Source: an uncultured delta proteobacterium
GTDB lineage: Bacteria; Desulfobacterota; Desulfobacteria; Desulfobacterales; JAFDCJ01
Assembly (NCBI GenBank): GCA_963769935.1
Contig: CAVYNY010000021.1
Coordinates: forward strand, 64,001-128,000
Reading direction: 5' to 3'
Length of the DNA: 64,000 nucleotides
The notes beneath the pieces are model-generated. The model did not search any database. It worked only from the letters and a program-made list of their open reading frames with translations, and had not been told where the DNA came from. This document shows, piece by piece, positions 57,318 through 64,000 of the stretch (position 1 is its first letter; each line of letters starts with the position of its first letter). Made by a program: the position numbers and the translations under genes.

Positions 57318-58925
57318 TTAATCTTCTTTAATCCAGTCGCGCATTATGCCCATGGATGCTTCACTGTCGCTGGCAATCAATTGCGACGCCTGATCTCTAA
57401 ATGTCACTCGGCGGGCGCCTGCATCATAATCACCTTGCAGTTCACCCACGGTTTTCGGCAGTTGCTTGAACATTTCTAAATCGCCGAATGAATACTCCGT
57501 CAGCCATCTGACCAGGGGTCTGACAAAAAACAGAAAAGACAAAAAGAGGAAAAAACTCAGAAAACCGTATTTCAGGTAGGGCTGGTATTTTTTTAGCAGG
57601 TTCATCCATTTGTCTTCGACAGGCGGGTCGGCCTTCAATGCAAGCTGAGACTTTTCGAAGGGGATGTTCACGATTTCGACCTCATCCCCCCTGTCCGCAT
57701 TGAAATTCACGGCGCGCTTAACAATGTTTTCAAATTTCTGCATTTCATCAGCGGTTCTGGGTATATACTTCCATTCAAACTGCCCCGCTCCCTTTGCGAC
57801 TTGCTGGTAGGTGCCGTCCACCATAACGGCGATGGAAACACGGGTCATTTCACCCACCGGTTCCTTGGTATGGCTGATGACCTTACCGATTTCATAATTT
57901 ACAGTACGATCATTTTTCTCAAAATTAGAGGCCCCGGCGGTTGACTTGTTCAATTTACCGGCTGTCGCGTCCCCTGGAATATTTGATCTGACACCGGGTA
58001 TCCCCTGGGGAGCAAGTTCCGGGTTGGTGGATGATTCATTTAAAGACTGTTCACTGCGAACCACCCGGTTATCCGGCAGGTACAGCTCTTCAGTTTTTTC
58101 CTGGCTTTTGAAATCAAAGGAACAGGATAATCGAACAACGGCCTTGTTCTCTCCCAAGGCCGACTCCAGCATGGTCCGTACACGATTTTCAAGGTTCTTC
58201 TCAACCCGGGTCTGATACTCCAATTGGTTGGAACTGAGGTTTCCGAAAGATGAATCATTTTTAACACCGGCCAGCAGCTTTCCTTCCTGGTCGACAACGG
58301 TTACATTTTCCGGCTTCAACCGTGCGACGCTGGAGGATACCAGATGGACGATGCCGTTGATCTGACCCTGATTCAACCACTTTCCCGGGCGCAGTTGCAA
58401 TATTACGGAAGCCGTCGCCGGCTCTTCCTCTTCCAAAAAGAGTGATTTTTCGGGCAGCACAATGTGAACTCGGGAACTTTCGATTTCTCCGATCCGGTTG
58501 ATGCTGCGGGACAGCTCTCCCTGAAGCGCTCTCTGGTAATTGACGTTCTGGGCAAATTCGGTCATGCCGAGTTTGGTATCATTAAAGATCTCAAACCCAA
58601 TCCCGCTGCCTCGCGGGAGCCCTTCCGAGGCCAACTGCATGCGGATTTCATAAATTTGTTCCTGCGGGATCAGGATGGTCGTTCCATTGGATGCAAGGCG
58701 GTATTCAATTTTCTGTTCTTTGAGCCGGGCCAGAATGACTCCGGCTTCCTCCGGCTCCAGCTGTGCAAACAACGGCTGAAAATCACTTTTGCCCGACCAG
58801 CTCATCAGGAAAATGAAACCGGCCAGCGAACCCAGCAACAAAGTTAGCAGGGTAATCTGTTTTCCGCGGCTGAGGTTGGCAAACGTGGCTTTCAGTTGCG
58901 TCAATATCTGACGAAGGGCTTCCAT
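57318..58925 (-). CDS. fliF: MS-ring protein FliF
   Basis: Two TMs; GFEIF, GMTEF.Q.VNYQRALQGEL, ASVIL, RGD.V. Confidence 0.97.
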   Translation of the reverse strand: MEALRQILTQLKATFANLSRGKQITLLTLLLGSLAGFIFLMSWSGKSDFQPLFAQLEPEEAGVILARLKEQKIEYRLASNGTTILIPQEQIYEIRMQLASEGLPRGSGIGFEIFNDTKLGMTEFAQNVNYQRALQGELSRSINRIGEIESSRVHIVLPEKSLFLEEEEPATASVILQLRPGKWLNQGQINGIVHLVSSSVARLKPENVTVVDQEGKLLAGVKNDSSFGNLSSNQLEYQTRVEKNLENRVRTMLESALGENKAVVRLSCSFDFKSQEKTEELYLPDNRVVRSEQSLNESSTNPELAPQGIPGVRSNIPGDATAGKLNKSTAGASNFEKNDRTVNYEIGKVISHTKEPVGEMTRVSIAVMVDGTYQQVAKGAGQFEWKYIPRTADEMQKFENIVKRAVNFNADRGDEVEIVNIPFEKSQLALKADPPVEDKWMNLLKKYQPYLKYGFLSFFLFLSFLFFVRPLVRWLTEYSFGDLEMFKQLPKTVGELQGDYDAGARRVTFRDQASQLIASDSEASMGIMRDWIKED

Positions 58926-58929
58926 ATAT

Positions 58930-59232
58930 CTAGACCTGTGTGCGCATTATACTTTCATAGGCGGCGATTACCTTGTTACGGATCTGCATTAACAGCTCGA
59001 AAGAGACTTCAGCCTTTTCGACGGCAATCATGGTCTGGTGAATATCCGTCTGTTTGCCGGTGGCCAGGTCGTTAATGCTGGCATCCGCTTCATGCTCTAA
59101 GCGGCTGACTTGATTGATAGACTGCTGCAGCAGTTCCCCGAAAGAAATCTTGGGGGGTTGAGCGGCCTTTTCCCCCGTAAGGTTCAGTCCTGCCTGGGGT
59201 TGAAACTGGTTTTTTATCGAAATATCTTGCAT
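58930..59232 (-). CDS. fliE: Hook-basal body protein FliE
   Basis: SFGELL, DIHQTMIA.EKA.VSF, QIRNKVIAAY. Confidence 0.95.
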   Translation of the reverse strand: MQDISIKNQFQPQAGLNLTGEKAAQPPKISFGELLQQSINQVSRLEHEADASINDLATGKQTDIHQTMIAVEKAEVSFELLMQIRNKVIAAYESIMRTQV

Positions 59233-59234
59233 CG

Positions 59235-59672
59235 TTAACGTCCTATTTCCAGCGCTTTTAACGCCATGTCTTTGGCTGCCTTCAGGGCGGTTACATTGGC
59301 TTCATAACCGCGGCTCGCCGAAATCATGTTCACCATTTCCTCCATCAAATTGATATTGGGCATGGCGACATAACCGTTGGCATCGGCATCCGGATGGCCG
59401 GGATCGTATTTCATTACCGGCGGGTTTTGATCTTCAACAACCCCGGCAACTCTGACGGTGGACAAGTATTTATTCTGGCGGTCGGCCAGAATCTGTTCAA
59501 AGGATCGGTTCAGGGGCTGGGCGGCAAAAACTGCCTCTTTGCGCCGGTAGGGGCCACCCGCCCTGGTGCGGGTTGTATTAAGGTTGGCAAGATTGCCGGA
59601 AATCAAGTTCATGCGGAGTCTCTGGGCACTCAACGCTGCTGAACTGGTATTGATCGCGTCAAAAAAATCCAT
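59235..59672 (-). CDS. flgC: Rod protein FlgC
   Basis: AQRLRMNLISGNLAN, GGPYRRK, YDPGHPDA, EEMVNMISASRGYEAN. Confidence 0.97.
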   Translation of the reverse strand: MDFFDAINTSSAALSAQRLRMNLISGNLANLNTTRTRAGGPYRRKEAVFAAQPLNRSFEQILADRQNKYLSTVRVAGVVEDQNPPVMKYDPGHPDADANGYVAMPNINLMEEMVNMISASRGYEANVTALKAAKDMALKALEIGR

Positions 59673-60091
59673 TAACTGCCACCTCCATTGATAGCATTTT
59701 TTAGGATGCTGAATTTTTTGTTAATAAGTTGAATTGCGGTATTGTAAAGCAATGTGTTTTCGGCCAAATTCCCCATGGTCCGTTCGATATCCACGGTGTT
59801 GCCATCGCCTCTCAGGCTGAAATCCGGTGCTTTGGCAGTTTTGAGTGTCACTTGATCCGAGGGTTCGGTTCTGCCGGGTAGATGGTTGGCATGAGTTCGC
59901 TCAAATGGAATTTTTGCTCCGCCTTCTGCATATCGCTTCATTTCTTCCGCAACCACCAGTTCAAAGGCTTTATAGTTCGGGGTATCCATATTGGCGATGT
60001 TGGATGCCAGTACGCGCTGATTCAGCGATCTCAGATCCAGCGATCTTTCCAGCAAAGAAATTGTCCTATTAAAAATTCCGTCGCTCGACAC
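59672..60091 (-). CDS. flgB: Rod protein FlgB
   Basis: LASNIANMDTPNYKA, DGNTVD; GTG start after GGAAGGA. Confidence 0.95.
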   Translation of the reverse strand: MSSDGIFNRTISLLERSLDLRSLNQRVLASNIANMDTPNYKAFELVVAEEMKRYAEGGAKIPFERTHANHLPGRTEPSDQVTLKTAKAPDFSLRGDGNTVDIERTMGNLAENTLLYNTAIQLINKKFSILKNAINGGGS

Positions 60092-60147
60092 TTTGCGTAT
60101 CCTTCCTATGCAGTTAATGTGTTTTAAGACCCATCCAAACCAATCGC

Positions 60148-60163
60148 AGCAATTTTCGTACCA
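60148..60163 (-). promoter_or_regulatory. sigma54 promoter of the flgB operon
   Basis: TGGTAC-GAAAA-TTGCT. Confidence 0.75.
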
Positions 60164-60164
60164 G

Positions 60165-60320
60165 ATAGCAGAAGACAGAGGCCGGATGACAGAAGTCAGA
60201 TGACGGACGACAGACATCCGCATTCCGAATTCCGCCTTATGCCTATGCCCTATGCGCTAAGCCCTCCACCCTTTGCTGCATGCCCTATGCGCTATGCTCC
60301 CAGCCCCTATGCCCTATGCG
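60165..60320. repeat. Heptamer tandem arrays
   Basis: CAGAAGA/CAGATGA, TTCCGCA and CTATGCC/CTATGCG units. Confidence 0.7.
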
Positions 60321-61690
60321 TCCTGCGCCTCTGTTTCTTCCTTATATTCACGCAGTTTATTTCTGAGTGTCCGGATGCTGATCCCCAGGAGCTCGGCGGC
60401 ATGGGTTCGATTATCATTGACCTTTTCCAGGGTTTGAATAATCAAATCTTTTTCCATATCCCGCACCGTAATTCCAATTTTCAAGGCCGGTGCCGCCGGC
60501 AATTGGATCCCACTCTCGGATGTTTCCATCAGCAGATTCTCCGGCAAAATATGCTCACCGCTGCTGATCAGCACCGCCCGCTCAATGGTGTTTTCCAATT
60601 CGCGAACATTTCCATTCCAGGAATGCTTTAGCAGTATCTCTACCGCCGCCTCGCTAAGCCTGGCCACATTTTTACGGTTCAGCCGGTTGTATTTTTCCAT
60701 AAAATGCTGGGCTAATAATACGATATCTTCCTTCCTTTGCCGCAGCGGCGGAAGGTTCAATGGAATCACATTAATTCGGTAATATAAATCCTCTCTGAAT
60801 TTGCCGGCGGCAATCGCCTTTTTTAGATCCACATTGCTGATAGCGATTACTCTGGCATCGATCGGTATCGGATGCGTACCGCCGATCCGATCGATCTCCT
60901 TTTCCTGCAGTACCCGCAGCAGTTTGGCTTGCAGCGGCAACGGCATTTCGCTGATCTCATCCAGCACCACGGTTCCGTTTTTGGCCAGCTCAAATTTGCC
61001 AACTTTGCGGCCGACGGCTCCGGTGAATGATCCTTTTTCATGGCCGAAAAGCTCGCTTTCAGCCAGCGTGTCGGGTAAAGCCGCGCAATTCAGGGCGACA
61101 TAGGGTGCATCCGGCCGAAGACCGCAGCGGTGAACATAGGCAGCCAGCAACTCCTTGCCGGTTCCGCTCTCGCCTTGAATGAGAACCGTGGCTTTGCTGG
61201 GTGCGATGCTCTTGGCCTGTTTTAAAATGGCTATCAATTCGGGGTTGCGGGTAATGATTTCTTTGCCGGCTGAATGACGGCCGTCGCTGCTGGCGCCGGG
61301 TTTGTCCGTGTCGTTTCGGGCCGAAGACTCAACGGCTTTTTTGACTGTTCTTTCAAGAACTTCGGGTGGAAAAGGTTTCAGGATATAATCGCAGGCGCCG
61401 GCCTGCATCGCCGCAACAGCGTTGTGAACGGAACCGTTGGCGGTCATGATGACAACTGGAATTTTCGGCGATATTTTCTTTATTGAATTTAACATTTCCA
61501 TGCCGTCAATCCCAGGTACTTGATCATCCGCTATTATCATGCTGTATTTCAAGGCCTTGAATCTGTCCAAAGCCTCCAGGCCGTCAGATGCAATTTCAAC
61601 CGGAAATCCGACCCGATTTAAACTTTGCCCAATCTCTGTTCGGACTTCCGGCTCGGCATCAACGATTAAGATTGGCGGCAAATCCAGCAA
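60314..61690 (-). CDS. sigma54-dependent response regulator, FleR/FlrC-like
   Basis: REC, GESGTGKE, GSFTGA, C-terminal LGISIRTLRNKL HTH; directly upstream of flgB; start may be GTG 61711. Confidence 0.9.
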   Translation of the reverse strand: MLDLPPILIVDAEPEVRTEIGQSLNRVGFPVEIASDGLEALDRFKALKYSMIIADDQVPGIDGMEMLNSIKKISPKIPVVIMTANGSVHNAVAAMQAGACDYILKPFPPEVLERTVKKAVESSARNDTDKPGASSDGRHSAGKEIITRNPELIAILKQAKSIAPSKATVLIQGESGTGKELLAAYVHRCGLRPDAPYVALNCAALPDTLAESELFGHEKGSFTGAVGRKVGKFELAKNGTVVLDEISEMPLPLQAKLLRVLQEKEIDRIGGTHPIPIDARVIAISNVDLKKAIAAGKFREDLYYRINVIPLNLPPLRQRKEDIVLLAQHFMEKYNRLNRKNVARLSEAAVEILLKHSWNGNVRELENTIERAVLISSGEHILPENLLMETSESGIQLPAAPALKIGITVRDMEKDLIIQTLEKVNDNRTHAAELLGISIRTLRNKLREYKEETEAQDA

Positions 61691-61831
61691 ACTCTTTCCC
61701 CCTTCGACCACGCCCTGGCGCAGTTGGATGTTCGAAGCTCAATGTTATTTCTTCAGTGCTTATCCTGAAGGCTTGATTGTCAAACCAAGCGCTCCGCTGA
61801 ATTCAGTTTTCAGGCAAACCGTCTTTAGGAG

Positions 61832-61847
61832 AGCAATTATCATGCCA
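61832..61847 (-). promoter_or_regulatory. sigma54 promoter of the FleR-like gene
   Basis: TGGCAT-GATAA-TTGCT; GTCACTGCATTGAC box at 61977-61990. Confidence 0.78.
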
Positions 61848-62052
61848 CCGCCCTCTCAGGTGCCGCCGATGGCGACTTGCTATTTTTTTTATTAATATCG
61901 GTAAGTTAATTTAGTATACCCACCAGTGTTAACTCTGCCAAAGCCCTGCGGACTTGTCAAATTTCAGATGAAGTGAGTCACTGCATTGACGCCTGGCTTG
62001 AAGTGCATTTCATCTTAGTCTGGGGGATAGATGGGGGGATAAGGCTTTACTA

Positions 62053-62159
62053 CTGAATATTGAAGATTGAATATTAAAGGCGTTCCGTCTTTTTAAATTA
62101 TTCGACCTGCCGTTTTCTAAAAAAAGCTGAAGACGATAGGATTCCACCAATATTCAATT
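62053..62159. repeat. Degenerate ATTGAAT/ATTCAAT inverted heptamer element, copy 3
   Basis: CTGAATATTGAAGATTGAATATT ... AATATTCAATT. Confidence 0.5.
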
Positions 62160-62187
62160 AAAAGGGGGCGGCTGGTTGAAAACCCTG

Positions 62188-63240
62188 TCAAATGTTGCAG
62201 GGTTGTAAATGGTGTCTTTTTATTTTCTCAACCAGGGTGGTGCGATTCAGATGAAGAAGTTTGGCGGCTTTGTTTTTGACCCACTTGGTTTTCTCCAACG
62301 ACTGCAGTATCAAAGCCTTTTCAAATTCGGTGACGGCACTGTTCAGACAGATGCCTTCATCTGAGATTTCAATGGCGGCCGACGGCTCAAATTTATTGGT
62401 GGACTTCAGTTCGAGCGGCAAATCCCGGGGCGTAATCTTTCCGCTTCCTTTTAATACCACCAGCCGTTCGACCATGTTTTTGAGCTCCCGGACATTACCC
62501 GGCCACGAATAACTCATCATCATGGCCAGTGCTTCGTCGGTAATTTCCCTGACATCGCGGTCATTTTTCTGATTCGAGCGGTCCAGGAAATGGGAAATCA
62601 GGTACGGGATGTCGGATTTACGCTCCCGCAATGCAGGCAGCATCATCGGGATAACGTAGAGCCGGTAATATAAATCTTCCCGAAAGTTACCTTTCTGAAC
62701 CTCCTCGGACAGGTCCCGGTGTGTAGCTGCAATAATTCTAACATCGACTTTAATGGTTTTAGCGCCGCCGACCTGTTCAAATTCGCCCTCTTCCAGTACT
62801 TTCAGGACCTTCACCTGCAGATCGGAGCTCATATCGCCGATTTCATCCAATAGAATGGTCCCGCCGTCTGCCAGTTCAAATTTTCCCTGTTTCGAGGAAG
62901 TAGCGCCTGTAAAAGCACCCCGCACATGCCCGAACAGTTCACTCTCCAACAAGTTTTCGGGAATGGCTCCGCAATTTATGGAGATGAAGGGTTGATTCCT
63001 CCTTTTGGATCTATGATGAATGGCCCTGGCCACCATGCCTTTCCCGGTGCCGGTTTCACCGTTTAAAAGGATGGTACTGTCGCAATCCGCGACTTTTTCA
63101 ACCAGATCGAACACCTCCCGCATTTTTTTGCTCTGACCGATAATATTGTGAAACCCGCATTCCTCATTGACCTGAGCTGAGGGTACATGGGTTTGATCCG
63201 AAGTAGCCGGTATGTTTTTATTAAGGGCTGCGTTCTGCAC
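62188..63240 (-). CDS. sigma54 enhancer-binding protein, FleQ/FlrA-like, lacking an N-terminal regulatory domain
   Basis: GETGTGKG, ESELFGHVRGAFTGA, C-terminal LNRTTLVEK HTH typical of FleQ; only ~30 aa precede the AAA+ domain. Confidence 0.9.
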   Translation of the reverse strand: MQNAALNKNIPATSDQTHVPSAQVNEECGFHNIIGQSKKMREVFDLVEKVADCDSTILLNGETGTGKGMVARAIHHRSKRRNQPFISINCGAIPENLLESELFGHVRGAFTGATSSKQGKFELADGGTILLDEIGDMSSDLQVKVLKVLEEGEFEQVGGAKTIKVDVRIIAATHRDLSEEVQKGNFREDLYYRLYVIPMMLPALRERKSDIPYLISHFLDRSNQKNDRDVREITDEALAMMMSYSWPGNVRELKNMVERLVVLKGSGKITPRDLPLELKSTNKFEPSAAIEISDEGICLNSAVTEFEKALILQSLEKTKWVKNKAAKLLHLNRTTLVEKIKRHHLQPCNI

Positions 63241-63931
63241 TCCTGCCTCCTCGCAAAGAATATTAATGGTAATGTCGGTTCATTGATCACACAAGATTTT
63301 TCTACTCTGAAAAACTAAATTGTAGATAAAATGGCCCTGAGGATGCTCTAAGGTCTCGGTCGAGCTCCAAGCAAAATTAGCAATAACCATGCCGTGCTGA
63401 TTTATGCCGCCGACAGAGCGTAAGGGATCGGTTGGTCGTTGGACAGGTTTGATGAAAAAGTTTTCTATATGAGGTATGTTGTCGGTATGAGCCGATACAA
63501 CATTTAGTGGGGTAATTTTTTTACCATCCGGGAAAGAAAATGATTTAAAAATCGCGTCCGGTAAGAAACCGAATCTGAAAGCGCGGGTGTACGGCTGAAA
63601 CGCACCCGCATCTTTTGCAATTTGCAAAGATAAAGGGGCGGTGGCTGAGAGTATCAGCGTCAATTTGCAATTTATCGATCGGCCTGGAGACCACTGAATC
63701 GTCACCCGCAGATCCGATCGCTGCAGTCGGATTTATCACATCCGCCGAATCAGCACATGATTTTAATAGGTTAATAACAACCGTCGCGTTGGCGGCCTCT
63801 GATGCCGGTTCGTTGTTTTTCAGATTTGGGCGCCCAAAAGAATAAAACGATAAATGTGCAATTTGCAAATTCCATATCTTTATTTTGCAAATTAATATTT
63901 AATTGTTACGGATTCAACCCGGCTTTCCGAT

Positions 63932-64000
63932 TCAGCTAAGCGCGGCCCGGGCTTCTTCAATGGTATTAACTATCGGAATTCCGCCGGTTTCCTGAAATGA
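63932..64000 (-). CDS. Possible 3' end of a gene entering from beyond the window
   Basis: Open frame SFQETGGIPIVNTIEEARAALS-stop with protein-like composition; only 23 codons visible. Confidence 0.35.
   Translation of the reverse strand, partial: SFQETGGIPIVNTIEEARAALS

Noticed and set aside
63280..63868. Overlapping ORFs of 141 and 107 aa upstream of the FleQ-like gene
   Set aside because: No recognisable motifs or clear RBS. It could be a frameshifted hypothetical gene, but I cannot support a call.

Overview
Bacterial chromosomal window, probably Desulfobacterota (inferred from gene order and repeat style). About 50 kb (13-63 kb, minus strand) is a flagellar/chemotaxis supercluster. In transcription order it holds a FleQ/FlrA-like and a FleR/FlrC-like sigma54 activator, flgBC-fliEFGHIJ, fliK-flgDE-flbD, motA-motB-motB-fliLMNOPQR-flhBAFG-fliA, flgFGAHIJ and flgN, then an inserted cheA-cheR-cheD-HDOD-HDOD-cheY-cheX-cheB block, flgKL and a separate HTH-cheW unit. 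I recognise no flagellin, fliD, fliS, flgM, csrA, fliW or chemoreceptor gene. The first 13 kb carry hldE, initiator tRNA-Met, small secreted proteins, an orphan flavoprotein and signalling genes (NtrC-type regulator, REC, PilZ, MBL hydrolase, HDOD). The best discovery candidate is an unannotated ~85-nt sigma54-dependent small RNA at ~15484-15568. It has a FleQ-type enhancer box, an IHF site, a consensus -24/-12 promoter, two exposed anti-Shine-Dalgarno motifs and an intrinsic terminator. Other notable observations: a MotB paralog lacking the essential Asp beside a canonical MotB; FlhF fused to an Ada-type zinc finger and missing its catalytic Arg; an MshEN-like motif in CheA; a readable three-tier promoter hierarchy; several families of intergenic repeats/MITEs; and a cluster of frameshifts at 46-49.5 kb that probably reflects assembly errors. 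All calls come from reading the sequence by eye; no searches were run.
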